Shown piece by piece: positions 35,278-47,642 of a stretch of 64,000 bases of DNA (position 1 is the first letter of the stretch; every line of letters starts with the position of its first letter). Below the pieces are notes generated by a model. It saw only the letters and a program-made list of their open reading frames with translations, was not told where the DNA came from and ran no database searches. Source of the DNA: Pseudomonadota bacterium (GTDB lineage: Bacteria; Pseudomonadota; Gammaproteobacteria; Burkholderiales; Ferrovaceae); contig JAJZPN010000005.1 of NCBI GenBank assembly GCA_021811145.1, positions 15,409 through 79,408 of the forward strand. The letters are read 5' to 3'. The position numbers and the translations under genes were made by a program.

Positions 35278-37638
35278 TTAACGTAATTCTGCCTGAAACT
35301 CAGACTGTAATTTACTCAACACACCAGCTACCACCTGATCGATATCATTGTCTGTTAAGGTTTTTTCAGTATCTTGTATAACTATACGAAATGCAAGACT
35401 TTTTTTACCTTCACTCACTCCAACTCCACGATATAAGTCAAATAAAAATATATCTTGAACAGGGTTCTTAATGAGTGGTTTTAAACTAGCTAATAGCTGT
35501 CCTACAGCAAGACTTTCATCAACCAAAACAGCTAAATCTCTTTTTACTTGAGGATATTTTGAGGGTTCAAAATAACGTGTTAAGGATTGACTTGGTAGTA
35601 GATCAAGTTCGATTTCAGCCAATAAACAAGGAGCAGGTAAATCAAACTCTCCAACTAATTGAGGATGAAGCTCCCCCATCAGACCAATGATCTGCTCACC
35701 AATGACTATCTCTGCTTGACGCCCGGGGTGAAGACTAGGGTGCTGGCCTACTTTAAAACCAACCGTAGAATCATTGATTAGGGCCTCAATATCAGCTTTC
35801 AAATCAAAAAAATCAACTTTTCTACTCTTCTCACCCCACTGCTCTTGGTAGCGATCACCAAAACACATAAGAGCCAGTTTCTTGGGTTGCTTTACATCCC
35901 CAGTTTGATCTTTATAAAAACATCTACCCATTTCAAATAAACGCACTCGGTCAGCTTGTTTGGCAAGATTCACTTTCAGTGCCTGTATTAAACCAGGCCA
36001 AATACTGGAGCGCATAACACTTAAATGACTGGCGATAGGATTTAACAACGCCATATTATGCTGACCGTTAGAAAAGTATTGCTGTGATTTTTCATCGAGA
36101 AAACTATAAGTAATAGCTTCCTGATAATCACGGGCTACTAGTACATCTTGGATATGCGCTTCACTATAGAGTCCCTCAGGCTGGGGTAACATATTTAGTG
36201 TTCCAAGAGGTGGATGCTCAGGAATATTGTCATAACCGATTAACCGAGCAACTTCTTCAATGTAATCCTCTTCTATCGCTAAATCAAAGCGATAACCAGG
36301 AGGCGTTACCTGAAAACCTCCCTCAACGGCCACTAACTCTATACCCAATCTACGTAACAGTGTCTCTATAGTTTGTATTTCAACTGTAATACCCAATACA
36401 CGCTCAATTCTCTGTTGTCTAACTAAACAACTTTTTCGTTGTGGCAGAGTATGCTCACTTATCACTAGAGGTCCTGCCTCTCCACCACATAAGTTAAGTA
36501 GTAACTCTGTGGCACGCTCAATAGCGAGTTGTGTATTTGAAAAGTCTACTCCCCGCTCAAAACGATGGGAGGAGTCTGTGCTTAAGTTTAATCGTCTGGC
36601 ACGCCCGGCAATAACTTGCGGACTAAAAAAAGCGCCTTCCAGAAAGATATGCTTGGTGTTATCAGTCACTGAGCTTTGTAAACCACCCATTACACCCGCA
36701 ATCGCTAATGGCTTTTTATCATCAGCAATAACCAACATATCTGTTGATAATGATATTTCTTGCTCATTTAATAAGGTAATTTTTTCATTATCTTGAGCAA
36801 AACGAATCTGTATATTTCCCTCTATCTTGTCATCATCAAAAGCATGTAAGGGTTGCCCCATTTCGAGCAACACATAATTGGTAATATCCACCACAACACC
36901 ACGGCTTCTTATACCTGAGCGTTCAAGCCTTTCTAGCATCCATGAGGGAGTGGCCACATGGGGGTTATGTAAATTTAGCCGTCTACCCACATAAAGAGGA
37001 CAAGCTTGTTGTTCGTGATTCAACACTTGACGAGTGACCAATGGACTAACAGGTTGGCTAGCGGGTAAAGAATAAGTTAAAGGATGCCCACTTAACGCCG
37101 CCACCTCTCTTGCCACCCCCAGCAGACTAAGACAATCAGCACGATTAGGGGTTAACTTAAGGGTCAACAATTGATCATCTAAATGCAAATATTGTCGAAT
37201 ATCTTGCCCCACTGGTGCTTCACTTGATAGCACCATGAGGCCATCAGCTTCCTCTTTTAAGCCAAGCTCCTTTTCAGAGCACATCATGCCAAAGGAAGCA
37301 ACGCCTCGTAATTTCGCATCTTTAATTTTAAAATCACCAGGAAGAATCGCGCCTACCATAGCACAAGGCGCTTTCATTCCCACCACCACATTACCGGCAC
37401 CACAGACAATTTGTAATGGCGCCTCGCGCCCCACATCAACTGACAGTACTTTAAGCCGATCAGCTTCAGGATGTTTTTCTGCACTTAATACCTGAGCCAC
37501 CACTACCCCAGAAAACGGGGGAGCTACAGATTGTAAGGCTTCAACTTCAATGCCAGCCATAGTGAGTTGCTCAGCTAACTGAGTACTGTTCCAGCTTGGA
37601 TTGACTAAGGTTCTTAACCAGGATTCAGAGAATTTCAT
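35278..37638 (-). CDS. pheT: Phenylalanine--tRNA ligase beta subunit
   Basis: 786 aa, starting MKFSESWLR, with tRNA-binding, B3/4, B5 and FDX-ACB domain order. Downstream of pheS. Confidence 0.95.
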   Translation of the reverse strand: MKFSESWLRTLVNPSWNSTQLAEQLTMAGIEVEALQSVAPPFSGVVVAQVLSAEKHPEADRLKVLSVDVGREAPLQIVCGAGNVVVGMKAPCAMVGAILPGDFKIKDAKLRGVASFGMMCSEKELGLKEEADGLMVLSSEAPVGQDIRQYLHLDDQLLTLKLTPNRADCLSLLGVAREVAALSGHPLTYSLPASQPVSPLVTRQVLNHEQQACPLYVGRRLNLHNPHVATPSWMLERLERSGIRSRGVVVDITNYVLLEMGQPLHAFDDDKIEGNIQIRFAQDNEKITLLNEQEISLSTDMLVIADDKKPLAIAGVMGGLQSSVTDNTKHIFLEGAFFSPQVIAGRARRLNLSTDSSHRFERGVDFSNTQLAIERATELLLNLCGGEAGPLVISEHTLPQRKSCLVRQQRIERVLGITVEIQTIETLLRRLGIELVAVEGGFQVTPPGYRFDLAIEEDYIEEVARLIGYDNIPEHPPLGTLNMLPQPEGLYSEAHIQDVLVARDYQEAITYSFLDEKSQQYFSNGQHNMALLNPIASHLSVMRSSIWPGLIQALKVNLAKQADRVRLFEMGRCFYKDQTGDVKQPKKLALMCFGDRYQEQWGEKSRKVDFFDLKADIEALINDSTVGFKVGQHPSLHPGRQAEIVIGEQIIGLMGELHPQLVGEFDLPAPCLLAEIELDLLPSQSLTRYFEPSKYPQVKRDLAVLVDESLAVGQLLASLKPLIKNPVQDIFLFDLYRGVGVSEGKKSLAFRIVIQDTEKTLTDNDIDQVVAGVLSKLQSEFQAELR

Positions 37639-37644
37639 TTAAAA

Positions 37645-38694
<1,050 letters not shown>

Positions 38695-38702
38695 GTTAGC
38701 AA

Positions 38703-39062
38703 TTAATGAGCTAAGGATGCCTTAGCGGTATCCACCATTTTCATGAAAGCTGGCTTATCAAAAACAGCGATATCAGCTAATACTTTACGATCAATCTGAA
38801 TCTCAGCTTTTTTCAAACCGTTCATGAATGTACTGTATTTCATACCGCACTCGCGGGCAGCTGCATTAATACGAGCAATCCATAAAACACGAAAATCGCG
38901 TTTACGACGACGGCGGTCACGATAAGCATACTGACCTGCTTTCATTACCGCTTGTTTAGCGATTCGATACACATTATTGCGGCGACCGCGATAACCTTTG
39001 GCTTGAACTAAAACTTTCTTGTGACGGGCATGAGCCGTAACACCACGTTTAACTCTTGGCAT
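38703..39062 (-). CDS. rplT: 50S ribosomal protein L20
   Basis: [18 protein letters not shown]...; 119 aa. Confidence 0.97.
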   Translation of the reverse strand: MPRVKRGVTAHARHKKVLVQAKGYRGRRNNVYRIAKQAVMKAGQYAYRDRRRRKRDFRVLWIARINAAARECGMKYSTFMNGLKKAEIQIDRKVLADIAVFDKPAFMKMVDTAKASLAH

Positions 39063-39074
39063 TGCGGGCCTCCT

Positions 39075-39272
39075 TTATGCGTATGGCAACATGGCTTTTA
39101 CTGAAGCCACATTGGTTGAATGAATTTCTGCAGTACCACGCAATTGACGCTTATTCTTGGTGGTTTTTTTAGTCAGAATGTGACGTTTGAACGCTTGTGA
39201 GCGCTTGATGCTACCACTGCCACGCACTTTAAAGCGCTTGGCTGCACCACTTTTGGTTTTCATCTTGGGCAT
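39075..39272 (-). CDS. rpmI: 50S ribosomal protein L35
   Basis: [15 protein letters not shown]... (65 aa). The ATG at 39272 is preceded by AAGGAGA. The track ORF start at 39296 is an upstream extension. Confidence 0.95.
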   Translation of the reverse strand: MPKMKTKSGAAKRFKVRGSGSIKRSQAFKRHILTKKTTKNKRQLRGTAEIHSTNVASVKAMLPYA

Positions 39273-39361
39273 AACCCATCTCCTTATTGTAACCAAACCA
39301 GGTGTTTAGGAACCCCCTAACTCTTGTTAACCTAGAACGGCCTTATTACAACAACACTTCT

Positions 39362-39973
39362 TTAAACTACACCTGAAGCTGGACTACTTCCAACTTGAGA
39401 TTGAACGCTTTCTTCTTTCTGTTTAACTGGTTTGGCCTCTTTAACCGCCTCTTTTTTCTTAGGCGCCAAGACCATTACCATTTGTCTACCTTCCATTTTA
39501 GGAAACTGCTCTACCACTCCATAAGGAGACAGGTCAGCTTCAACACGTTTTAAGAGATTAAAGCCCAATTCTTGATGGCTCATTTCTCGACCTCTAAAAC
39601 GCAATGTAATTTTGGTTTTGTCACCTTCATTCAAGAATCTGATTAGGTTTCTAACTTTGATGTTGTAATCTCCCTCATCAGTACCTGGACGAAACTTAAT
39701 TTCTTTTACCTGAATCTGCTTCTGTTTAACTTTGGCTTCATGCAATCTCTTGCTTTCACGGTATTTGTATTTTCCGTAATCCATTAAACGGCAAACAGGA
39801 GGTGCGGCGTTAGGTGCAATCTCAACCAGATCAACACTTGCCTCTTCAGCAAGACGTAATGCTTCAGATACCTTAACTATTCCTAACTGCTCACCCTCTA
39901 ATCCAACGAGCCTTACTTCGGGTAGATTAATTTCGCCATTAATCCTTAATTCTTTAGATTGAATGATGGTCAA
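39362..39973 (-). CDS. infC: Translation initiation factor IF-3
   Basis: [23 protein letters not shown]... There is no in-frame ATG. The candidate starts are TTG (39973), ATC and ATT, with AGGAG 9-12 nt upstream of the latter two. It has a ~30 aa Lys/Ser-rich C-terminal tail. Confidence 0.9.
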   Translation of the reverse strand: MTIIQSKELRINGEINLPEVRLVGLEGEQLGIVKVSEALRLAEEASVDLVEIAPNAAPPVCRLMDYGKYKYRESKRLHEAKVKQKQIQVKEIKFRPGTDEGDYNIKVRNLIRFLNEGDKTKITLRFRGREMSHQELGFNLLKRVEADLSPYGVVEQFPKMEGRQMVMVLAPKKKEAVKEAKPVKQKEESVQSQVGSSPASGVV

Positions 39974-40038
39974 ACTCTCCTAAAAAAATATTCACAATAC
40001 ACTGATTCAGTGTATAAAACTTACAAGGTCTTCAAGAA

Positions 40039-41934
40039 TTAGGATTCTTGCTGAAGTAGCGTGAACAAAGCCTCTTGCGTCATTACACCGAGATCTTTGT
40101 CCCCACGCCCCCTCACAGATACTGTATGTGAAGATACTTCCTTATCACCAACAATAATTTGGTAGGGAACCTTATCCATACTATGGGCACGTATTTTATA
40201 ATTTATTTTCTCATTACGCAAGTCGGCATTAACCCTGAAGCCTTTTTCTTTCAATGTGTTAACTAATTTTTCCGCATACTCCACCTGATTTGAAGTAATG
40301 GTTGCAACCACTGCTTGCACTGGAGCTAACCATACAGGTAGAGCACCTGCATAATGCTCAATCAAAATACCTATAAAGCGCTCTAAGGATCCTAAAATAG
40401 CGCGATGGAGCATAACTGGTACTTGCTTTGAGTTATCCTCTGCCACATATTCAGCACCTAATCGTCCCGGCATTGAAAAATCGGCCTGAATAGTACCGCA
40501 TTGCCAGGTTCTACCTATACTGTCACGCAAATGAAACTCAATTTTAGGACCATAAAAAGCCCCTTCCCCTGGCAGCACTGCAAAAGCAACACCAGTGGAC
40601 TCCAATGCATTACGAAGAGCCGACTCTGCTTTATCCCAAATCTCGTCGGACCCTACTCGTTGCTGTGGTCGGGTGGCTAGCTTGTATTGAATATCCTCAA
40701 AACCAAAGTCTTTATAGACTTTTTGAAGTAACTGAATAAAACTTAATACTTCAGACTGTATTTGATCTTCAGTACAAAAAATATGGCCATCATCCTGAGT
40801 AAAGCCACGCACTCTCATCACACCATGAAGAGAACCTGAAGGTTCATTACGATGACATGAACCAAATTCACCATAACGAATAGGTAACTCGCGATAACTG
40901 CGTATGCCTTGATTAAATACTTGAACATGGCCCGGACAATTCATGGGTTTAATTGCAAAATCCCGTGATTCCGATTCAGTGGTAAACATGTTTTTTTGGA
41001 AGTTTTCCCAATGCCCAGACTTCTCCCATAGGCTACGATCAAGGATTTGTGGGCAACGGATTTCTTGATAACCATTGTCTCGATACACTTGTCGCATATA
41101 CTGCTCTACTGCTTGCCATAAAGCCCAGCCTTTAGGATGCCAGAACACCATACCAGGCGCTTCGTCTTGTATATGAAACAAATCTAATTGTTTACCTAAG
41201 CGGCGATGGTCTCTTTTTTCAGCTTCTTCAAGGCGAAATAAATACGCCTCTTGATCTTCTTTTTTAGTCCAAGCGGTACCATAGACTCGGGTAAGCATCT
41301 CATTTTTAGAGTCACCACGCCAATAGGCACCTGCCACGTGAGTTAATTTAAATACTTTAAGCTTACCGGTTGAGGGCACATGCGGGCCACGACATAAATC
41401 GACGAACTCACCCTGACGATATAAAGAGAGAGTTTCACTTGCTGGAATACTCTCAATAATTTCAGCCTTGTAGGCCTCACCCAAACCTTTGAAATAAGCT
41501 ACTGCCTCATCGCGCCCCATCACCTCACGGGTCACAGCAAAGTCTTTTTTACTGATTTCAGCCATGCGTTTCTCAATAAGCTCTAAATCCTCAGGTGTAA
41601 AAGGACGCTTATAGGAGAAATCATAGAAAAAGCCATTTTCAATTACAGGACCGATGGTCACTTGCGCTTCAGGAAATAACTCCTTAACTGCGTGCGCTAA
41701 TAAATGCGCTGTAGAATGACGAACAATATCCAACCCTTCTTCATCTTTATCAGTAATGATAGCAAGATCAACATCTCGATCAATGGCAGTAGACAAATCT
41801 ACCAACTGACCGTCAACACGTCCCGCTAACGCAGCACGCATAAGGCCAGCACCAATATTAGCCGCCACTTGAGCTACCGTAACCGGATTCTCGAATGAGC
41901 GGGTTGAACCATCAGGTAATCGAATAGTAATCAC
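40039..41934 (-). CDS. thrS: Threonine--tRNA ligase
   Basis: [12 protein letters not shown] start, class II core and a C-terminal anticodon-binding domain. GTG start at 41934. Confidence 0.95.
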   Translation of the reverse strand: MITIRLPDGSTRSFENPVTVAQVAANIGAGLMRAALAGRVDGQLVDLSTAIDRDVDLAIITDKDEEGLDIVRHSTAHLLAHAVKELFPEAQVTIGPVIENGFFYDFSYKRPFTPEDLELIEKRMAEISKKDFAVTREVMGRDEAVAYFKGLGEAYKAEIIESIPASETLSLYRQGEFVDLCRGPHVPSTGKLKVFKLTHVAGAYWRGDSKNEMLTRVYGTAWTKKEDQEAYLFRLEEAEKRDHRRLGKQLDLFHIQDEAPGMVFWHPKGWALWQAVEQYMRQVYRDNGYQEIRCPQILDRSLWEKSGHWENFQKNMFTTESESRDFAIKPMNCPGHVQVFNQGIRSYRELPIRYGEFGSCHRNEPSGSLHGVMRVRGFTQDDGHIFCTEDQIQSEVLSFIQLLQKVYKDFGFEDIQYKLATRPQQRVGSDEIWDKAESALRNALESTGVAFAVLPGEGAFYGPKIEFHLRDSIGRTWQCGTIQADFSMPGRLGAEYVAEDNSKQVPVMLHRAILGSLERFIGILIEHYAGALPVWLAPVQAVVATITSNQVEYAEKLVNTLKEKGFRVNADLRNEKINYKIRAHSMDKVPYQIIVGDKEVSSHTVSVRGRGDKDLGVMTQEALFTLLQQES

Positions 41935-41956
41935 AGTGTCTTGTATGAAAAAAAGT

Positions 41957-42033
41957 TGGTAGGCACGATTGGACTCGAACCAACGACCCCCACCATGTCA
42001 AGGTGGTGCTCTAACCAGCTGAGCTACGCGCCT
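41957..42033 (-). tRNA. tRNA-Val (anticodon GAC), 77 nt with encoded CCA
   Basis: Hand-folded: acceptor AGGCGCG/CGTGCCT, D-arm GCTC..GAGC, anticodon arm CCACC-TTGACAT-GGTGG, T-arm GTTGG-TTCGAGT-CCAAT. Confidence 0.9.
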
Positions 42034-42057
42034 AATGAAAGCCTTAAATTCTAACTG

Positions 42058-44310
42058 TTAATCTTGTTTCACGCAATCAACATAAAAACGAGGTACTCCA
42101 TCTACGACCACTTTTGACAATCCATGAACATCTGTCTCAAAGCCTGGAAAGCGTTCATTGAAAGAACGAGCGAATTCCAAATAACGAACAATTGTGGCAT
42201 TAAAACGCTCGCCTGGAATTAATAATGGGATACCAGGTGGGTAGGGAGTTAATAATACCGCAGTAATTCTACCTTCTAATTGATCAAGGGGTACTCGTTC
42301 AATTTCCCGGTGAGCCATCTTAGCAAAGGCGTCAGCCGGTTTCATGGCAGGTACCATATCTGATAAATACATTTCAGTAGTTAAGCGTGCCACGTCATTA
42401 TCGCGATACACTTCGTGGATTTTGTCACATAACTCTTTTAATCCCCATTTTTCATAACGCGGATATTTCGCAACAAACTCAGGTAAAACGCGCCACAGAG
42501 GTTGGTTTCTGTCATAGTCGTCTTTAAATTGCTGCAATTCTGTCACCATGGTATTCCAACGCCCCTTGGTAATACCTATAGTAAACATAATAAAAAAGGA
42601 ATAGAGCCCTGTTTTCTCAACCACGACACCGTGTTCAGCCAGATATTTGGTTACCACTGCCGCAGGAATTCCCATCTCGTGGAAGTCACCATCTACGTCC
42701 AACCCTGGCGTAATGACCGTGGCTTTAATCGGATCTAACATATTAAAGCCTTGAGCAAGGTTACCAAAACCATGCCAACGATCGCTGGGTTTAAGTAGCC
42801 AGTCCTCTTGGTTACCTATCCCCTCTTCGGCAAAGTTTTCAGGTCCCCACACTTTAAACCACCAATCAGCCCCCCACTCTTCGTCAACCTTACGCATAGC
42901 GCGACGAAAATCTAAGGCTTCATTGATAGATTCTTCTACCAATGCTGTTCCACCCGGTGGCTCCATCATAGCGGCAGCCACGTCACATGAAGCGATAATG
43001 GCATATTGAGGACTGGTTGATGTATGCATCAAATAAGCTTCATTAAACGTATCACGGTCTAATTTTCTGGTTTGTGAGTCTTGAACTAAAATCTGCGATG
43101 CCTGACTTAACCCCGCCAGCAACTTATGGGTTGATTGGGTAGACATCACCATTGAATCATGACAGGGTTGACGGTCTTTACCAATGGCGTGCATGTTTTT
43201 ATAAAAATCACTAAATGCCGCGTGCGGTAACCATGCTTCATCAAAATGCAGCGTGTCAATTTTGCCATCCAACATGGTTTTAATGGTTTCCACGTTATAA
43301 ATAATGCCATCGTAAGTACTTTGCGTAATCGTGAGCACCCGAGGTGGAGAAGTGCTTTCTTTGGCAAAAGGATTGGCAGCTATTTTTTTCTGAATGGTTT
43401 CAGGTTTAAACTCATCAAGCGGAATAGGCCCAATAATGCCGTAGTGATTTCGAGTTGGCATCAAGAAAACAGGCACTGCTCCCGTCATCATAATGGCATG
43501 CAATACTGATTTATGACAATTACGATCAACCACCACCACATCCCCTGGCGCCACTGTGGAGTGCCAAACAATTTTGTTTGACGTTGAAGTCCCATTGGTG
43601 ACAAAGAATAAATGATCGGCATTAAAAATTCGTGCAGCATTTCTCTCTGAGGCTGCAACAGGACCTGTGTGGTCTAACAACTGCCCTAATTCATCCACAG
43701 CATTACAGACATCGGCACGCAGCATATTTTCACCAAAAAACTGATGAAACATTTGCCCAACAGGGCTCTTTAAAAAGGCAACACCACCTGAGTGCCCGGG
43801 ACAATGCCAGGAATAAGAGCCATCAGAAGCGTAATGAGTTAGGGCTCTAAAAAATGGGGGCGATAAAGAATCTAAGTATACTCTCGCTTCTCGAACGATG
43901 TGTTTAGCAACGAACTCTGGTGTGTCCTCAAACATATGGATGAAACCATGCAATTCTTTCAAGACATCATTGGGGATATGCCTTGAAGTACGCGTTTCGC
44001 CATATAAGAAAATAGGAATGTCAGCATTACGCCAACGTACTTCTTGTACAAAAGCACGTAAATTCTTTAGAGCAGACTCCATTTCATCGGGAGAACCAGA
44101 GCCAAATTCCTCATCATCTATTGACAGGATAAACGTTGAAGCGCGACTTTGCTGCTGAGCAAAAGAGGTCATATCGCCAAAGCTTGTTACCCCCAGCACT
44201 TCAAGCCCTTCGTTTTGAATGGCCTCTGCCAACGCTCTAACACCAAAACCACTGGCATTCTCAGAACGAAAGTCCTCGTCAATAATTACAACTGGAAAAC
44301 GAAATTTCAT
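42058..44310 (-). CDS. Large Orn/Lys/Arg decarboxylase (fold type I, wing domain; LdcC/SpeC/AdiA family)
   Basis: 750 aa with an N-terminal receiver-like wing domain, PLP-lysine context STHKLLAGLSQAS and CPGHSGG. Substrate cannot be assigned from sequence by eye. Confidence 0.85.
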   Translation of the reverse strand: MKFRFPVVIIDEDFRSENASGFGVRALAEAIQNEGLEVLGVTSFGDMTSFAQQQSRASTFILSIDDEEFGSGSPDEMESALKNLRAFVQEVRWRNADIPIFLYGETRTSRHIPNDVLKELHGFIHMFEDTPEFVAKHIVREARVYLDSLSPPFFRALTHYASDGSYSWHCPGHSGGVAFLKSPVGQMFHQFFGENMLRADVCNAVDELGQLLDHTGPVAASERNAARIFNADHLFFVTNGTSTSNKIVWHSTVAPGDVVVVDRNCHKSVLHAIMMTGAVPVFLMPTRNHYGIIGPIPLDEFKPETIQKKIAANPFAKESTSPPRVLTITQSTYDGIIYNVETIKTMLDGKIDTLHFDEAWLPHAAFSDFYKNMHAIGKDRQPCHDSMVMSTQSTHKLLAGLSQASQILVQDSQTRKLDRDTFNEAYLMHTSTSPQYAIIASCDVAAAMMEPPGGTALVEESINEALDFRRAMRKVDEEWGADWWFKVWGPENFAEEGIGNQEDWLLKPSDRWHGFGNLAQGFNMLDPIKATVITPGLDVDGDFHEMGIPAAVVTKYLAEHGVVVEKTGLYSFFIMFTIGITKGRWNTMVTELQQFKDDYDRNQPLWRVLPEFVAKYPRYEKWGLKELCDKIHEVYRDNDVARLTTEMYLSDMVPAMKPADAFAKMAHREIERVPLDQLEGRITAVLLTPYPPGIPLLIPGERFNATIVRYLEFARSFNERFPGFETDVHGLSKVVVDGVPRFYVDCVKQD

Positions 44311-44344
44311 GGTTTCTCCCTTAAGAAGGCGGGATTATAGAACG

Positions 44345-45979
44345 CTACGCACGATTAGTGGGGATTTTTTTAACGAGTAGTTGTTTACCCCATTTTTCTC
44401 GTAACAACACTTTTTGTAACTTACCCGTAGCAGTATGGGGTAAATCACTGACAGTAATAATGTCATCAGGTAACCACCACTTTGCTACATGTTCTTCTAA
44501 AAAACGCTTTAATGCTGTTGAATCAACCCGCTCACCTTGTTTTTCCACAATCAATAAAATAGGCCTTTCGCCCCAATGTTCGTGATGAGCGGCAATCGCT
44601 GCGGCCTCGGATACACCTGGAAAAGTTGAGGCAACTCTCTCAAGAGTTAAGGAGCTAATCCATTCACCACCACTTTTAATCATGTCTTTGGCTCGATCAG
44701 TTACTTGCATAAAACCAGACTCATCAATAGTGGCCATATCTCCTGTTGGGAACCAACCATTAATTAATGGTGATTCATCATTTTTATAGTACTGTGAACA
44801 TACCCAATGCCCACGTACATACAATTCGCCAACACTCTGGCCATCTTGTGGTACATCATGACCGTCATCATCAACGAGTTTCATATCTGCCCCAAATAAC
44901 ACGCGACCTGATTTATTTAACCAATGAATACGTTCTGCGTGGGTCATATGACGTTGATGATATTTAGGTTGTGTTAGTGTTACCACGGGACTTGTTTCCG
45001 TCATACCCCAACCTGGTAACACACGCACATTGCGTTCCTCAAAATATTGAATGATGGGTTCTGGGCAGGCTGATCCCCCTACTCCGAGGCGCTTTAAAAA
45101 AGGTAATGAAGTATTACTTGTTTTTAAATATTGAATTAGACCATGCCAAACGGTGGGAACACCCGCTGTGACACTCACTTCTTCTTGATTTAATAGTTGA
45201 GATAAGTTGATCCCATCAAGTTGATGACCAGGTAACACAAGCTTGGCCCCAACCAGGGCTGCTGCGTAGGGAATACCCCAGGCATTAGCATGAAATAAGG
45301 GGACAACAGGCAGTACACTATCGCTCGCTGATAAAGCTAGGGAGTCGGGTAAAGCGACAGCAAAGGCATGTAACAGTGTTGAGCGATGGCTGTATAACAC
45401 TCCCTTGGGCATCCCGGTAGTGCCTGATGTGTAACAAAGACTTGAGGCGGTATTTTCGTCGAATTGCGGCCAAAACCAGCTATTTTCGTTAATCTCCTTC
45501 AATAACTCTTCATAATGTAAAGTGCGGTATTGGGTTGATACCGATGAGCTGTCTTTATCCATCACAATGATGGTTAACTCATTGACTGACAAAGTTAATT
45601 CATCTAATAAGGGGATAAATTGCTTTTCCGTAAAAATAACTTTATCTTCTGCATGGTTAATAATGCTAGCAATTTGCTCTTTGAATAAACGGGGATTGAT
45701 GGTGTGGCAAACTGCTCCCATCCCTGAAATGGCATAGTAGGCCTCAAGATGTCGATGGGTATTCCAAGCAAGGGTGGCCACTCTATCTCCTCTGGTCACC
45801 CCACAACGAATTAAATATTGCGCTAACCGTTTTGCACGCTGGTTTACTTGAGCCCAATTAGTACGATAGATAGACCCATCAGACTCACGTGACACAATCG
45901 GCGTATTGCCATGGTGTTTTTCCGCATGATCTATTAACGAACTAATTAATAAAGGCGAGTGCATCATTAAACCAAACAC
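44345..45979 (-). CDS. AMP-dependent acyl-CoA synthetase/ligase (fatty-acid--CoA ligase family)
   Basis: AMP-binding motif [21 protein letters not shown]...DRAKD, and a C-terminal GK. Confidence 0.8.
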   Translation of the reverse strand: MFGLMMHSPLLISSLIDHAEKHHGNTPIVSRESDGSIYRTNWAQVNQRAKRLAQYLIRCGVTRGDRVATLAWNTHRHLEAYYAISGMGAVCHTINPRLFKEQIASIINHAEDKVIFTEKQFIPLLDELTLSVNELTIIVMDKDSSSVSTQYRTLHYEELLKEINENSWFWPQFDENTASSLCYTSGTTGMPKGVLYSHRSTLLHAFAVALPDSLALSASDSVLPVVPLFHANAWGIPYAAALVGAKLVLPGHQLDGINLSQLLNQEEVSVTAGVPTVWHGLIQYLKTSNTSLPFLKRLGVGGSACPEPIIQYFEERNVRVLPGWGMTETSPVVTLTQPKYHQRHMTHAERIHWLNKSGRVLFGADMKLVDDDGHDVPQDGQSVGELYVRGHWVCSQYYKNDESPLINGWFPTGDMATIDESGFMQVTDRAKDMIKSGGEWISSLTLERVASTFPGVSEAAAIAAHHEHWGERPILLIVEKQGERVDSTALKRFLEEHVAKWWLPDDIITVSDLPHTATGKLQKVLLREKWGKQLLVKKIPTNRA

Positions 45980-46044
45980 AAAACTACTCCTCTAATGGAC
46001 AAATCCAATCAATAAAACGCAATCAAGAGTTATAATACCAAGCT

Positions 46045-47070
46045 ATGAATGATAACCGTTTACCCTACTCTTTGGTTGATCAATTACAGCGCCCCCTTCA
46101 GGATCTGCGGATATCTGTAACTGACCGCTGTAATTTTCGTTGTACGTATTGTATGCCAAGAGCAGTATTTGGACAGGATTATGACTTTCTTCCACGTCCG
46201 GAAATCTTAACCTTTGAAGAAATTTCTCGCGCAGCAAGAATTTTCAGTCAATTAGGGATTAAAAAAATTCGTCTCACAGGTGGCGAGCCTTTATTAAGAA
46301 AAAATCTTGATCAGTTGGTGGCACAACTAACAGCTATTGAATCAATTGAAGTTGCCCTCACCACCAATGCCTCAATTCTTGCCAAAAAAGCACAGTCTTT
46401 AAAAGACGCAGGACTAAACCGTATTACAGTTAGCTTGGATGCGTTAGATGATCCGACATTCAAGCAAATGAGTGATGCTGACTTTAGCGTTAATGATGTA
46501 TTACAGGGTATTGAGCAAGCTCTTTATGTTGGCTTTGAAGATATAAAGGTCAACTGTGTCATTAAACGTGGCACCAATGATCACGCATTACTTGATTTAG
46601 CGCGCTACTTTAAAGGTACAGCTGTTACTGTTCGTTTTATCGAATTCATGGATGTGGGATCGACCAATAACTGGCAACCTGTAGAGGTTATTCCGGCAAA
46701 AGAAATGAAAGAGATTATTGATGCAGAGTTTCCCCTTGAATCACTAGAAGAGTCCTATCTAGGTGAAGTGGCACGCCGCTATCGCTACGCTGATGGTAGT
46801 GGCGAAATTGGATTTATCACGTCAGTGACTCAACCCTTTTGTCGTCAATGTACGAGAATACGTCTTTCCACTGACGGTAAACTATACACTTGTCTTTTTG
46901 CCAGCCAAGGCAGTGATATACGTCACTTTTTAAGAAATGGCGGCAGTGATGATGAGATCACTCAACATATTATTACACTCTGGCAAGCGCGCAGTGATCG
47001 CTACTCTGAGTTAAGGCAACTTGAGAGTGGGCAAAAGAAAAAAATTGAAATGTCCTATATTGGTGGCTAG
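46045..47070 (+). CDS. moaA: GTP 3',8-cyclase MoaA (radical SAM)
   Basis: CNFRCTYC radical-SAM motif, a C-terminal CxxCxR cluster (CRQCTRIR) and the terminal IGG. Confidence 0.95.
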   Translation: MNDNRLPYSLVDQLQRPLQDLRISVTDRCNFRCTYCMPRAVFGQDYDFLPRPEILTFEEISRAARIFSQLGIKKIRLTGGEPLLRKNLDQLVAQLTAIESIEVALTTNASILAKKAQSLKDAGLNRITVSLDALDDPTFKQMSDADFSVNDVLQGIEQALYVGFEDIKVNCVIKRGTNDHALLDLARYFKGTAVTVRFIEFMDVGSTNNWQPVEVIPAKEMKEIIDAEFPLESLEESYLGEVARRYRYADGSGEIGFITSVTQPFCRQCTRIRLSTDGKLYTCLFASQGSDIRHFLRNGGSDDEITQHIITLWQARSDRYSELRQLESGQKKKIEMSYIGG

Positions 47071-47072
47071 CC

Positions 47073-47642
47073 ATGGATATTACAGGATGTATATTAGCAG
47101 GTGGGCAAGGCTCAAGAATGGGGGGTGTGGATAAGGGTTTAGTTACTTTCCAACAGCGCACACTGATTGAGCATGTTATCAGCCGTCTGCAATCACAAGT
47201 GCAACAGATCCTCATTAATGCCAATCGTCATCTTGATATCTACTCATCATTTGGTTACCCCGTAATAGAAGATCATGTTGAGTTGTACTCAGGGCCTTTA
47301 GCGGGGATAGAACGCGGTTTATTTGCTACTCAAACTGACTGGGTTGCTTTTGTTCCCTGTGACTCACCATTTATTCCGTTAAATCTTGTTGCATCTCTGG
47401 CTGAGGCAGTAACAAAACAAAATAGCCTATGTGCCTATGCGCTGACTAAAGAAGGATCGCAACCAGTATTTTGTCTCATTCATCGTCAACTGCATGATGA
47501 TTTAAGTGAAACTCTCAAGGCGGGTGATAAAAAACTTCTACATTGGTTACAAAAGCATCCCTTTAGTGAGGTGTTGTTTGAAGACAGTGAGTTATTTATT
47601 AACCTTAATACAACGAAAGAACTAGAACGCTACAACCAATGA
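47073..47642 (+). CDS. mobA: Molybdenum cofactor guanylyltransferase MobA
   Basis: ILAGGQGSRMGGVDKGL and PCDSPF motifs. 189 aa. Confidence 0.9.
   Translation: MDITGCILAGGQGSRMGGVDKGLVTFQQRTLIEHVISRLQSQVQQILINANRHLDIYSSFGYPVIEDHVELYSGPLAGIERGLFATQTDWVAFVPCDSPFIPLNLVASLAEAVTKQNSLCAYALTKEGSQPVFCLIHRQLHDDLSETLKAGDKKLLHWLQKHPFSEVLFEDSELFINLNTTKELERYNQ

Noticed and set aside
45980-46044. Molybdenum-cofactor riboswitch upstream of moaA
   Set aside because: The divergent spacer is only 65 nt, which is too short for the ~130-150 nt Moco RNA motif plus two promoters.
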